Sequence record: PZ452611.1
DNA length: 64,000 nucleotides
Strand: one strand, 5' to 3'
Origin: a phage
Shown: positions 9,992-18,891 of the stretch, in pieces
How the letters are laid out: each line of letters starts with the position of its first letter
How positions within the stretch are numbered: position 1 is the first letter of the stretch
Made by a program: the position numbers and the translations under genes
The notes under the pieces: generated by a model
Databases searched by the model: none
Told to the model about the DNA's origin: nothing
What the model saw: the letters and a program-made list of their open reading frames with translations, nothing else

Positions 9992-10586
9992 GAGGTGCAT
10001 CAAGTGCGGGGAGGTGAAAGACCTCTCCGAGTTCTACAAACACCAAAAGATGTCTGACGGTCATCTTAATAAGTGCAAAGAGTGTTGCAAGAAGGCCAGT
10101 AGGGAGGCTGACCAATTTTCCTACGACTCTTCAGAAAAAGGTGTAATACGCGTGCTGTACAAGGCTCAAAAGTGCAACAGCAAGCAAAGAGGTCACCCGC
10201 CTCCGACTTACACCAAAAAAGAGTTTAAGGAGTGGCTATACCTAAACGGTTACAAAGAGTTGTATGATCAATGGGTAGCCAGCGGATACGACAAAAGGAA
10301 AAAGCCTTCTTGTGATAGGATAGATGATTTCAAAGGGTACTCTTTTGATAATATCCGTTTAACTACCTGGGGAGAAAATAAAGACAAGCAGACGGAGGAT
10401 ATTCTGTTGCATAGAAGCACCAGCGGTAGACGGTGTAAAAATGTAAGGAGACTGGACATGAATGGCAACGTTCTTAAAGAATGGGTATCCCACAATTCTT
10501 GTAGAAGAGAAACCGGAATATGTGTTGATTACTACATTCATGAAAAAATTCCAGCTCCCGATGGATACCTCTATGAATACTTTTAG
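9963..10586 (+). CDS. putative HNH-family (homing) endonuclease-like protein, possibly degenerate
   Basis: N-terminal zinc finger [19 protein letters not shown]...[10 protein letters not shown]; C-terminal [20 protein letters not shown] resembles HNH_3-type motif but lacks the His; overlaps 3' end of SSB-like gene. Confidence 0.4.
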   Translation: MAKVESTHCKRCIKCGEVKDLSEFYKHQKMSDGHLNKCKECCKKASREADQFSYDSSEKGVIRVLYKAQKCNSKQRGHPPPTYTKKEFKEWLYLNGYKELYDQWVASGYDKRKKPSCDRIDDFKGYSFDNIRLTTWGENKDKQTEDILLHRSTSGRRCKNVRRLDMNGNVLKEWVSHNSCRRETGICVDYYIHEKIPAPDGYLYEYF

Positions 10587-10648
10587 CACCTAACTGACAT
10601 AGCCCTGCCCGAAAGGGTGGGGCATTTTTGTATAAGGAGATCTGAAAA

Positions 10649-11065
10649 ATGACATTAGAAGATATCATTGTTAAACCTGAGAACTATGACCAATACAACC
10701 TGTCAACTCAATCTGTAGACCTCGGATGCGCCACAGTCAGTGCATGGCTGGTTAACGGAAAAGAGCTTGACGAGTGCCTGGAAGCACACATGTCGGTGAA
10801 TAAATTTCTTGATGAAAATACCCACTGGCTAGAGGGTGCAGGAGTATATGCTTCATGGTTGGAGAGTATGGGATTCGACTACCAATCTGAAGAGGGGTGG
10901 TGGAGCTATTTAGCTATCTGCCCAGAGACGCTGCAATGCTTCATGAAATATTCTGAAGATTTGGAGTACCGGGCGGTGGTTGATAGTGCCATTGCCCGTT
11001 ATAGCCGTAAACCTTTTTCCCACGACATTAAAACTGTGGAAGAGTTTGTTGAAGTTTTCTGTTGA
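10649..11065 (+). CDS. hypothetical protein
   Basis: RBS TAAGGAGA; 138 aa. Confidence 0.45.
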   Translation: MTLEDIIVKPENYDQYNLSTQSVDLGCATVSAWLVNGKELDECLEAHMSVNKFLDENTHWLEGAGVYASWLESMGFDYQSEEGWWSYLAICPETLQCFMKYSEDLEYRAVVDSAIARYSRKPFSHDIKTVEEFVEVFC

Positions 11066-11161
11066 CACAGGTTGAAAGGTGTGCAATTATAACTTCATAG
11101 AACGGGAGGACGTGATGAACGAAGAAAACTGGGATGTATAACTAACAGGAGGCCACTGCCC

Positions 11162-11359
11162 ATGATTTATCGAATCCGTGTAAGAGAAGATGCACCAGGC
11201 TGTTACTTTGACTGGCGTGGGTGGTGGTTTCTCCACCCGATGGATGGACTCACAGATAGAATGCTGGATGCTGCCCTTTATACAGATACCGACATAGAAT
11301 ATAATCTCTATCTGAAGGACGGTATAGATAACGGTCTATTTGAAGCAATTCCTGTGTAA
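11162..11359 (+). CDS. hypothetical protein
   Basis: RBS AGGAGG; promoter-like TTGACA at 11062. Confidence 0.45.
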   Translation: MIYRIRVREDAPGCYFDWRGWWFLHPMDGLTDRMLDAALYTDTDIEYNLYLKDGIDNGLFEAIPV

Positions 11360-11427
11360 GAGACTGTGATAGCCATGTTTTATGATCTTCCTGTAGCACC
11401 ACCACCTGTTGAACCTGGAGAACTAAG

Positions 11428-11853
11428 ATGATCTATGAAATTCCAAAACTGATTCGCGACGATGCCCAAAACGCCCACACCTTTATCATGGGCAAGCGCA
11501 TGGATATTATTTGTCATAAAGATTTCTGGGAAAGTAGTTACTTCACAGAGTATTTTGGTAAACTGGACAATGGTCTGCTGATCCAGTTCTACACCGACGA
11601 GGAAAACAATATCTGCTGGGAGTTCGAAACTGAAGATATCCATAAACTTCTCACCTTCCTCGGTATTAAGGTTGAGGCCAAGTTTGAAGAAGGTGAGTGC
11701 GACGATTGTGGATTCTACGAGGTAACAGATTTCTATCTTCCGAGTGGTGAGAACCTTTACTATGAAAGCCACTTCGGTAACTCCAATATGCCACAGTGCT
11801 GGACTGAGTTTTTTGAAATTGCGGAAGAGGAGCTGGCATACCGTGATTATTGA
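11428..11853 (+). CDS. hypothetical protein
   Basis: RBS GGAGAA; Cys-containing (CDDCG) 141 aa. Confidence 0.45.
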   Translation: MIYEIPKLIRDDAQNAHTFIMGKRMDIICHKDFWESSYFTEYFGKLDNGLLIQFYTDEENNICWEFETEDIHKLLTFLGIKVEAKFEEGECDDCGFYEVTDFYLPSGENLYYESHFGNSNMPQCWTEFFEIAEEELAYRDY

Positions 11854-12301
11854 TACTGTAGAGGGAGATCTAATCTCTCTTTTCAAGAAAGGGTCGGGCC
11901 ACATGATCCACGGTTGTAACTGCTTTCACACAATGGGTGCAGGCATAGCGAAAGATATTGCCCGTGAGTTCCCTCAAGCACTGGCAGCCGACAAAGAGAC
12001 TGCCTATGGTAATCTGGACAAGCTGGGTATGTTTTCTTGTTGGGAGCATTTTGCCAAGAACAGGGTCGTATATGGAATCAACCTGTATACCCAGTTCTAC
12101 CCAGGGCCCAATGCTGAATACTTCTCAATAATGAAAGGTTTTGAGCGAGTCAACGAGGTATTCAAAGGTGTGTCATTGCCGTTCTACATTCCTAAAATTG
12201 GATGCGGTATTGGCGGTCTAAAGTGGGAACATGTAGAAGATGTAATTAATCTTGCAACCACAGATATTGATGTGGTTGTAGTAGAGTACAAAAAGTGTTG
12301 A
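11843..12301 (+). CDS. macro-domain-like protein (ADP-ribose binding/processing family)
   Basis: GDL...HGCNCFHTMGAGIAKDIAREFPQ motif typical of one macro-domain subgroup; probable GTG start 11843 after GAGGAG (start uncertain; longest ORF from 11744). Confidence 0.5.
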   Translation: MIIDTVEGDLISLFKKGSGHMIHGCNCFHTMGAGIAKDIAREFPQALAADKETAYGNLDKLGMFSCWEHFAKNRVVYGINLYTQFYPGPNAEYFSIMKGFERVNEVFKGVSLPFYIPKIGCGIGGLKWEHVEDVINLATTDIDVVVVEYKKC

Positions 12302-12355
12302 CGACCATCTTCTGAGGTGATATAGTTTCCACAACAACTAAGAGAGGAGAGCACT

Positions 12356-12526
12356 GTGGAGACTAAAATCTTAATTCTTGCTGTGGTAGATACAACCGAA
12401 GGAGCTATATTCGAATCTGCAGGAGGGTATTTCTACCTACCCTACGGAAAAAGAACTGCCGAACCGGGTAAAGATTCAATCATCAAAGTGTTCCCGTGTG
12501 CTTTCTGGCTGGAGATTCTGGCATGA
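12356..12526 (+). CDS. hypothetical small protein
   Basis: GTG after AGAGAGGAGAG; 56 aa (below track cutoff); ATGA overlap with next gene; downstream of promoter 12298-12326. Confidence 0.3.
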   Translation: METKILILAVVDTTEGAIFESAGGYFYLPYGKRTAEPGKDSIIKVFPCAFWLEILA

Positions 12527-12735
12527 AAACCTGCATGTGTGTGTCCACGCAATCGGATAATCAAGGGCTGTTTGAAGAATATCCAGTAATAGATGGGCCT
12601 AGCATATCCTTGTGCGACTTCCTGACTGGGACACGTGGTGGCTGTACAAAAGTGATGAATATTCAGGCTATTACTTTGCAAAAACATTTACCGGAGAGTT
12701 GGTATTTGTTCTGGAGGACTGAGGAGGGCTTATGA
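12523..12735 (+). CDS. hypothetical protein
   Basis: ATG overlapping upstream stop; Cys-rich N-terminus. Confidence 0.35.
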   Translation: MKTCMCVSTQSDNQGLFEEYPVIDGPSISLCDFLTGTRGGCTKVMNIQAITLQKHLPESWYLFWRTEEGL

Positions 12736-12926
12736 GAAACAAGAAAGAACTTTACTCTGGCGAGTGGATCAACGATCAACAGATTGGAGAGGTAACCTGC
12801 TTCCGATGTTTTACCAGGTACAATATTAAAACTGCACCAAAAAGTGTTCCAAAGACTGATGGTTATTACATAAAAGAACCTTATTGCCCAAAATGTAAAT
12901 GCCGATTATATTGGAGTAACCTGTAA
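12732..12926 (+). CDS. small zinc-ribbon protein
   Basis: CxxC...CxxC (CFRCF...CPKCKC); ATGA overlap. Confidence 0.4.
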   Translation: MRNKKELYSGEWINDQQIGEVTCFRCFTRYNIKTAPKSVPKTDGYYIKEPYCPKCKCRLYWSNL

Positions 12927-12930
12927 AAGA

Positions 12931-12958
12931 TTGACATCTGAAAACTGCAGTGTATAAT
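12931..12958 (+). promoter_or_regulatory. sigma70-like promoter
   Basis: TTGACA-16-TGTATAAT. Confidence 0.55.
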
Positions 12959-12989
12959 ATATGCATAAACTAACAGAGAGTGATGTATT

Positions 12990-13181
12990 ATGGTAATTTT
13001 TAACCGGGATGGTATCATAGTTAGACAGCACCCGTTCCTTGAATACTATCAAATTGAGCAATGGTGCTACGGGGATTGCAGTCACTCCTATGGGCAAAGT
13101 TGGGGATATCGTACAGTTTTTGAATCCACAGACCTTGACAAAGTAAGACAGAAAGTTTTAGAACTTATTAACAACAAGTGA
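12990..13181 (+). CDS. hypothetical protein
   Basis: downstream of strong promoter 12931-12958. Confidence 0.4.
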   Translation: MVIFNRDGIIVRQHPFLEYYQIEQWCYGDCSHSYGQSWGYRTVFESTDLDKVRQKVLELINNK

Positions 13182-13188
13182 GTATGAT

Positions 13189-13521
13189 ATGGTAACATTA
13201 GAAAGACGTAAAGCTATCGCCGCCACACTGGCAGACATCTTTTGGGAGTGCAATTTAAAAGATACTAGATATTGTGGCGCATCTGTAGATGCATTGTTCC
13301 CACGGCCCACTATTGTTGCAATGGGGAACCTGTTAAACGTAGTGTATGGAGCGTGGGACAAAGAAGGTGGATTTTATATCTGGCAACCTGACTACGGGAC
13401 CTGGAAAGAGGTAAGGGGTGCGGATGACTTTGGGCCTGCAGTTGCTAAGATGGATGGCTGGGAAATCTATGTTGGAAACGACATGAAGCTGAAGGGCGAG
13501 ATTGTTTACTGGTTACCTTAA
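13189..13521 (+). CDS. hypothetical protein
   Basis: RBS GTGAG; 110 aa. Confidence 0.4.
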   Translation: MVTLERRKAIAATLADIFWECNLKDTRYCGASVDALFPRPTIVAMGNLLNVVYGAWDKEGGFYIWQPDYGTWKEVRGADDFGPAVAKMDGWEIYVGNDMKLKGEIVYWLP

Positions 13522-13541
13522 GAAAGTGCAGGAGATAAAGT

Positions 13542-13787
13542 ATGAACAAAGGGTGGACATTTGTAGACGGCGTTAAAAACATGCCTCTAGGAAAGTATAT
13601 TGTAGCCATGGCTGATGAGGATGGCAATGTAGATTTCGGAGCTTGCGAGGTTGTTCTTGCAGGATCTGGTAACTATGTGAGTAAAACCGGGATAATTAAC
13701 GGTCAGTTCTACTTTGATCACAACCCTGTTGTAGCGTATATGGCTATGCCAGAGTTTAAGTTCCCAAAGGAGGATGCAGATGTTTAA
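13542..13787 (+). CDS. hypothetical protein
   Basis: RBS CAGGAGA; 81 aa. Confidence 0.45.
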   Translation: MNKGWTFVDGVKNMPLGKYIVAMADEDGNVDFGACEVVLAGSGNYVSKTGIINGQFYFDHNPVVAYMAMPEFKFPKEDADV

Positions 13788-13977
13788 GCTTAAATCTGCA
13801 TGGAACATCGCTGTGGGTGATGAGATCCGTATCCCCGGTGGGAAGACCATTATGAAGATATCTCGTATTGAGTACGAAGGTGACCGTGTATTCCACATCT
13901 TCGCAGAAGATGGTCGAGAAATTTATATACAGGCAGGTTCTCACATTTATATCCGTAAGAAAGGGGACGACAAATGA
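13780..13977 (+). CDS. hypothetical protein
   Basis: ATG 13780 6 nt after AAGGAGG. Confidence 0.4.
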   Translation: MFKLKSAWNIAVGDEIRIPGGKTIMKISRIEYEGDRVFHIFAEDGREIYIQAGSHIYIRKKGDDK

Positions 13978-14303
13978 CAGAGATCATCATTTCAACTGCA
14001 GGGTATGTGTTCCTGACAATCATTGCACTGACTATTTTGGTGACAGTGTATGGGTTTGTTATCCTTCCTATCCTTGAGACATTTAGTTTGTGTCGGTGTT
14101 GGAGAAAAGCTTACGGTCCACAACCATGGAAGGACTGGCCCCACCTAGTGCGCTTAGCGTTCTCTTATGCTTACGATCACTCCAGCAGTGCATGCATAAC
14201 CGGATACCACGCCCACAACTGGAGCTGGGAAGGGTTGAGGAAATGGAATGTTACAAAGACCATACCTCTGCGCATGTACAAACCTAAAAACAAAGACAGC
14301 TGA
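13974..14303 (+). CDS. hypothetical membrane protein
   Basis: RBS AAAGGGGA; N-terminal hydrophobic helix; last gene before repeat region. Confidence 0.45.
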   Translation: MTEIIISTAGYVFLTIIALTILVTVYGFVILPILETFSLCRCWRKAYGPQPWKDWPHLVRLAFSYAYDHSSSACITGYHAHNWSWEGLRKWNVTKTIPLRMYKPKNKDS

Positions 14304-14610
14304 TACTTGAAAATTCCTGGCATATCAAGTATAAGGGGGATTTCTAAAATGGATTTCCTCCTTTTGATATTTCACCGGGCTGGATATTTTAAAATTCTTA
14401 GAAAATCAGAAAATGGATCGAAAACTAAAATGGATTTTTTCAGCACAGGCGCGGAAAATTGTGCCAATCTATCTAGCCGTTTGCACCATATTCGAGATCA
14501 CCGTTCCAGATTTCCCACACATACACACCTCTCCACCATACCTTTCTCCACTCACTCTTAGTGATTTATGACGGAAAACCCATCGCTATCAGTGAGTTGC
14601 GGTACAATTT

Positions 14611-14795
14611 TTCCAGTACTCGATCTACTTTTCATCTCATGGCTTGGATTTTCTGAAAATTTTTCTCGATAAATTTCTCAGTACTCGATCTGTTTTTCGT
14701 TTTCTGAATCGGATTTTCTGGAAATCGTTCCGGAGCTCGACCTGAAATTTTTGGGGACGAAATCGATTTTTCGTTTTCAGAAATGGATTTTTAAA
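14611..14795. repeat. three imperfect tandem ~60-bp repeats in AT-rich non-coding region
   Basis: cagtactcgatct at 14614 and 14679; ggattttctg recurring; third diverged unit to 14795. Confidence 0.5.
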
Positions 14796-15078
14796 ATTTC
14801 TATATGGGAATATTTTATGGGATACTGTTTTATAGGAAATTGTTACGGAGGGTAATTAGCATGCTAACTAAATTTATGAAATGCGAAAAGTTCTCATTTA
14901 GAATTTTGAATGATAATCATTCTCGTTTGCAGAATAACGGGCACCCCCGGTGATTGTCTCCCGGCCCCTACTGCCCCGGCTTGTTATTATAGTAACACAC
15001 AGGACAAAGAAAGCAAGAAGTTTTTGCATAAATTTTTAGACGATAATGATAATCGTTCTCATTTTATGCAGCGCCCAT

Positions 15079-15114
15079 CCCCGGTGGTTGTCTCCCCCGT
15101 CACCGGTGCCTGCC
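15079..15114. repeat. GC-rich ~36-bp element, copy in forward orientation (partial copy 14944-14962)
   Basis: ccccggtggttgtctcccccgtcaccggtgcctgcc; about 33 of 37 positions match reverse complement of 23739-23786. Confidence 0.55.
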
Positions 15115-15318
15115 GTCCTTTCGATAGGTATATTGTGCCACCTGGCGGGGCCGCTGTCAACACTTTTCAAAAAATTTTTCTAACCTGATGCGCTAACCGC
15201 TGCAACCTGGCGGGGCCAGCCTGGCAGGACCTAACTGACCAGGTAGGAGAGAATGAAGGCTTATAATCTGGTGGGCCTGTGCTATAGGATAGGTAACAAT
15301 TGAAGAGGAGGTACAAAA

Positions 15319-15501
15319 ATGAAAGGTAATATGATCCCCCTGGAAAATGTAGCGATTAATGACGCTGAGGCTATCGCCCTGGTTGAAAAGGCTATGGCGG
15401 GAGCGTTGGAACATAAAGAAGAGTACGAAAAATGGTGGTTAACCTGGCGGGGGCGGCGGCTGGAGAATTCTGCCCAAAAAATAATTTTAACTAATGGTTG
15501 A
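15319..15501 (+). CDS. hypothetical protein
   Basis: perfect RBS GAGGAGG; 60 aa. Confidence 0.45.
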   Translation: MKGNMIPLENVAINDAEAIALVEKAMAGALEHKEEYEKWWLTWRGRRLENSAQKIILTNG

Positions 15502-15580
15502 CAGCTCGGACAGTTCTTGTTATTCTTATCCTCGCAAGGTGAACAACACCACACTAATTAACAGAGAGGATAAAAAAATC

Positions 15581-15778
15581 ATGAACGCCTACGGAATCAA
15601 AGTACGTCGCAGCACTCGCCAGGTGGTCACCGATCAAATGGTTTGCCAGGTGGACGTAACCATCAACAACGGGCAAGGCCTTTATAAATTTCGTCGCGGT
15701 CATAGCTATACCCTGCAACAGCTTAATCGTTGCGCCCTGACAAAAGGTCAGATCAACCACTGGTTTAATAAAAAATAA
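15581..15778 (+). CDS. hypothetical protein
   Basis: ATG after AGAGGATAAAAAAATC; promoter-like TTGACA at 15498. Confidence 0.45.
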   Translation: MNAYGIKVRRSTRQVVTDQMVCQVDVTINNGQGLYKFRRGHSYTLQQLNRCALTKGQINHWFNKK

Positions 15779-15782
15779 GTAT

Positions 15783-15811
15783 TGACATATAGTCCGACAC
15801 CAAATACACTA
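15783..15811 (+). promoter_or_regulatory. sigma70-like promoter
   Basis: TTGACA-17-TACACT. Confidence 0.45.
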
Positions 15812-15842
15812 AAAGCACAAAAGACACTAAGAGGATAAAATC

Positions 15843-16241
15843 ATGAAAACCACTACCTTTAATTTTGATAATGCAGACTTTTCTTTTTCTGATGTCAAGA
15901 ACTGCCGCCGTGATCGTGGATTTTACAAGGCTTATAATCTGGTGGGCCTGGACGATGACAATAATTTGCACGAAGTAGCTGAGATCCGGTATTATGCCGC
16001 CGCCAGTGGGAACACTTACTACTGCGTTTTTTGGATACACGACAACAAGAACAATAAGTACGGCTATACTGGCGGCAAGGCAAGCGGTCACGGTTATGAT
16101 AAAGCTAACGCAGCACTTGAGAGCGCATTAAATGCCATGGGGATCACTGCCGACGGCTGGATCTACGAAGAAGAGTTTTTGTCGGCACTTGCTGACCACC
16201 TAGGCTATAAAAAGCACATTGTAACATGCGCCCACGAATAA
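15843..16241 (+). CDS. hypothetical protein
   Basis: promoter 15783-15811; RBS AAGAGGA; contains 24-nt segment duplicated at 15256-15279. Confidence 0.5.
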   Translation: MKTTTFNFDNADFSFSDVKNCRRDRGFYKAYNLVGLDDDNNLHEVAEIRYYAAASGNTYYCVFWIHDNKNNKYGYTGGKASGHGYDKANAALESALNAMGITADGWIYEEEFLSALADHLGYKKHIVTCAHE

Positions 16242-16323
16242 AAATCATTGACACGCTGCAAAATTTAAGTAAACTAGACACAAAAGGCGGGAATGTTTCC
16301 CGCCAGCACAAAGGAAAAAGATC

Positions 16324-16728
16324 ATGAATAAGAACGTACGCCGCATCATGAACGAGTTGGCAAACGATGAAAAAATTATTGACATGCATTTGATCAACAT
16401 TTGCCGCCGTTGTGTAACATATAACAACCGCGCCGCAAAAGCGCGTGAGATGAACGCAAAAGGCACCTTAAAGCCATTCCAGGTGGTGGTAAAGGCCATT
16501 AAAGATGTAACTAATACGGCAAACCAGGTACAGGGGAACACCAACGAGAGTACCAATATTGATCCGGCTTACATCATGAAACGGATCCGGACCTGCAAGA
16601 ACAAAGAGCAAGTGTATAATGTCATAGACTGGTTGGATTCTATGGGCGATGTGGTTTACAATAGGTTTTCTGCAGCTATCGAGATCCAGCTTGACAGGTT
16701 GGACGGTAAAGTACTAAAAACTTACTAA
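16324..16728 (+). CDS. hypothetical protein
   Basis: TTGACA 16248; 5'-UTR hairpin 16286-16304; RBS AAAGGAAAAAG. Confidence 0.5.
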   Translation: MNKNVRRIMNELANDEKIIDMHLINICRRCVTYNNRAAKAREMNAKGTLKPFQVVVKAIKDVTNTANQVQGNTNESTNIDPAYIMKRIRTCKNKEQVYNVIDWLDSMGDVVYNRFSAAIEIQLDRLDGKVLKTY

Positions 16729-16776
16729 GTTTATTTTTAGATGGCCTTGACTCCAGGGCCATCGATAAAGTAAACT
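16729..16776. repeat. ~48-bp intergenic palindromic element, copy 1
   Basis: tttatttttagatggccttgactccagggccatcgataaagtaaac directly after stop codon. Confidence 0.6.
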
Positions 16777-16808
16777 AATCCCAGTTAAGCGAAAAAGGAG
16801 GCTTGAAG

Positions 16809-16927
16809 ATGAGCACTACACGCCAACACACAAAGGTAACGATTATCGTTTGCATCATTGGTTACATCCTGGCGCAAATGTTGATGGGTAGCGCCAATGA
16901 TTTCGCAAAATTTTTCTTAGACTTTTA
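16809..16927 (+). CDS. small hydrophobic (single-TM) peptide
   Basis: 39-aa ORF after AAAAGGAGG; hydrophobic core VTIIVCIIGYILAQMLMG; below track cutoff. Confidence 0.35.
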
Positions 16928-16928
16928 A

Positions 16929-16956
16929 TTGACAAGCTAACTTAAATCAGTATAAT
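16929..16956 (+). promoter_or_regulatory. sigma70 consensus promoter
   Basis: TTGACA-16-TATAAT. Confidence 0.6.
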
Positions 16957-17008
16957 ACTAAGCACATAAACGGGAAAACTTCCCAGAACACCAAAAGGAG
17001 AAAACATT

Positions 17009-17359
17009 ATGAATACTTCCATCACTATGACCGCCGAAGAAAAAGCCCTGCAGATCGCCGCTCTGAAAAAACAGATTGCAGAACTTGAAGACAAGATCGA
17101 CAATTTTGAAATCGACGAAGACAAATACGACGATAAATATGATGAATGGTTGGACGAGATCTACGGCGAAATTATGATCGGAAACATTTCTTTTCTTCCG
17201 TCGCGTATCCTCAAGGAGCTAGATCCTATCGCTTACCGCTGCGGATTTAGCGACTACATCGACAGCCTGGATATTGAGGACGATGAAGAATACCAGGAAT
17301 TACAGACAGAGCTTGAAGAAGTGAAAGAAGAGCTTGCAGAACTGGAAGAAAACGAGTAA
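17009..17359 (+). CDS. acidic coiled-coil protein
   Basis: consensus promoter 16929-16956; RBS AAAAGGAGAAAACATT; very acidic D/E-rich sequence. Confidence 0.5.
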   Translation: MNTSITMTAEEKALQIAALKKQIAELEDKIDNFEIDEDKYDDKYDEWLDEIYGEIMIGNISFLPSRILKELDPIAYRCGFSDYIDSLDIEDDEEYQELQTELEEVKEELAELEENE

Positions 17360-17408
17360 ATTTATTTTTAGATGGCCTTGACTTCAGGGCCATCAATAAA
17401 GTAAACTT
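17359..17408. repeat. intergenic palindromic element, copy 2
   Basis: aatttatttttagatggccttgacttcagggccatcaataaagtaaac after stop codon. Confidence 0.6.
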
Positions 17409-17448
17409 TAGACTGTTAACACTTAACCAATACAGAGGAGTTAAAACC

Positions 17449-17694
17449 ATGGCCGCACTAATTACCAAATATTATGCCCCTACCAACACCAAAAGCGCCC
17501 GTATCATGGTAAAAGGCTTCGGACGTAAAAAGGTGTACACCTGGGATTATTCCCTAGACATGGAAGACAACTACACCAACGCGATGACAGATTTTATTAA
17601 TGAGCTGAACACGCGGATCTTGACAAATTATAAAATTACCGATATTGCCTATATAGGGGAAGGCGGGATCTGTTTTGTCGGTATCGTCAAATAA
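17449..17694 (+). CDS. hypothetical protein
   Basis: RBS AGAGGAG; 81 aa. Confidence 0.45.
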   Translation: MAALITKYYAPTNTKSARIMVKGFGRKKVYTWDYSLDMEDNYTNAMTDFINELNTRILTNYKITDIAYIGEGGICFVGIVK

Positions 17695-17770
17695 ACTGTT
17701 TTTTCGGTGGTCCTGGTAGCAGGGCCATCTATAAAGATAGTTTATCAGCACAATGAAAGGAGAAAGTAAC

Positions 17771-18124
17771 ATGATCAGCGGGGCAAGTTTTATTATTGGC
17801 GCTATTGCTACGGCTTTAATTGTAAACAAGATCCAATCCAAAAACGAAAAAGAGAGCAACGCGCTTACAGAATACCCATTTTGGGTATTCAACGACAATG
17901 AAGACTACATTATCAAGTACAAGGATGAGAAAGGGGACCAGGTAACACCGAGACCGATCCCAGCTTACAAGATGCAAGAAACATTATACCGCTTAAAGGC
18001 TGGCGGCGCAAAAATCGTAGACTTTTGGGGATATGATTGCAAGGATCAGGAGACTATAAAACGTCGTATCCGGGCGATTCAGGCAAATATTGAGATCAGT
18101 AAAGGGGGCGTTTATGAAAATTAA
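17771..18124 (+). CDS. membrane-anchored hypothetical protein
   Basis: ATG 17771 after AAAGGAGAAAG; N-terminal TM helix. Confidence 0.45.
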   Translation: MISGASFIIGAIATALIVNKIQSKNEKESNALTEYPFWVFNDNEDYIIKYKDEKGDQVTPRPIPAYKMQETLYRLKAGGAKIVDFWGYDCKDQETIKRRIRAIQANIEISKGGVYEN

Positions 18125-18311
18125 TTTCGAAAAAATTGTAAAGCGCCCCCACGATTCCGAAGAGCTGCCGGAACGCCGCCAGCGTAACAATAAACTGAAT
18201 AAACCGAAAAGGTTCGGGAAGATCTGGAGAAATCACTATGATCGCAAATTACCGGGCCTGCTTTTGGAACGTGAACGACAGGCGGAACGATACCGCCACA
18301 AAGACAAATAG
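18114..18311 (+). CDS. small basic protein
   Basis: ATG after AAAGGGGG; Arg/Lys-rich; followed by terminator. Confidence 0.35.
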   Translation: MKINFEKIVKRPHDSEELPERRQRNNKLNKPKRFGKIWRNHYDRKLPGLLLERERQAERYRHKDK

Positions 18312-18319
18312 CAACCAAC

Positions 18320-18348
18320 GCCCCGCCATTGTGCGGGGCTTTTTATTT
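18320..18348 (+). terminator. rho-independent terminator
   Basis: GCCCCGC-cattgt-GCGGGGC followed by TTTTTATTT. Confidence 0.6.
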
Positions 18349-18492
18349 CTATCCCGCCGATAGCGCCCCTGGTTGGCCCTACAAGCGCCATAAAGGCCCC
18401 TACCTATGCAATCCCCTTTCTTAACCTGAAAACAGCGTCTAGGGCCGTTTTATGGCGTTAAAAATATTATTGACAGTAATTCTATTTAAAGC

Positions 18493-18521
18493 TTGACACC
18501 TTGGGATAGTCCGGATATACT
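18493..18521 (+). promoter_or_regulatory. sigma70-like promoter (second TTGACA at 18470)
   Basis: TTGACA-17-TATACT. Confidence 0.5.
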
Positions 18522-18556
18522 AACCACATCAAAGCAAGAAGGAAGGAGTAAACGCC

Positions 18557-18817
18557 ATGCGTAAATTAAAAAATTTTGATAAAGTAGATGTTGTCCTGAA
18601 TAATTTTTACTACTGCAATAATAAAGCCGTTTGGTGGCGTGATAGTTCCACCGATAAAGTTAAAGCGCGCTTTCTCCAAGGGCACTGGCAAGGCCGCCCA
18701 GTGATTAAAATCTCGGGGCAATTGGTAGCGTTTAAAAATTGCCGCCGTGTTGATGACGTTGAAGAGATTCTAAACATTTTACGCCACAATAATTTAAAAA
18801 ATAGTGTTGACAAGTAA
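18557..18817 (+). CDS. hypothetical protein
   Basis: promoter 18493-18521; RBS AAGGAAGGAG. Confidence 0.5.
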   Translation: MRKLKNFDKVDVVLNNFYYCNNKAVWWRDSSTDKVKARFLQGHWQGRPVIKISGQLVAFKNCRRVDDVEEILNILRHNNLKNSVDK

Positions 18818-18834
18818 GTCTCAATAAGTATACT
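18807..18834 (+). promoter_or_regulatory. sigma70-like promoter
   Basis: TTGACA-16-TATACT. Confidence 0.5.
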
Positions 18835-18891
18835 TAAACACACAGGCGGGAAAACTTCCCGCCACTAACAAAGAAAATAGGAGAAAATATC

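Noticed and set aside
14307-15188. ORFs 14307-14561 and 14910-15188 as protein-coding genes
   Set aside because: Both lie within repeat-rich non-coding DNA, lack RBS, and have low-complexity translations; the second is built from duplicated GC-rich repeat units.
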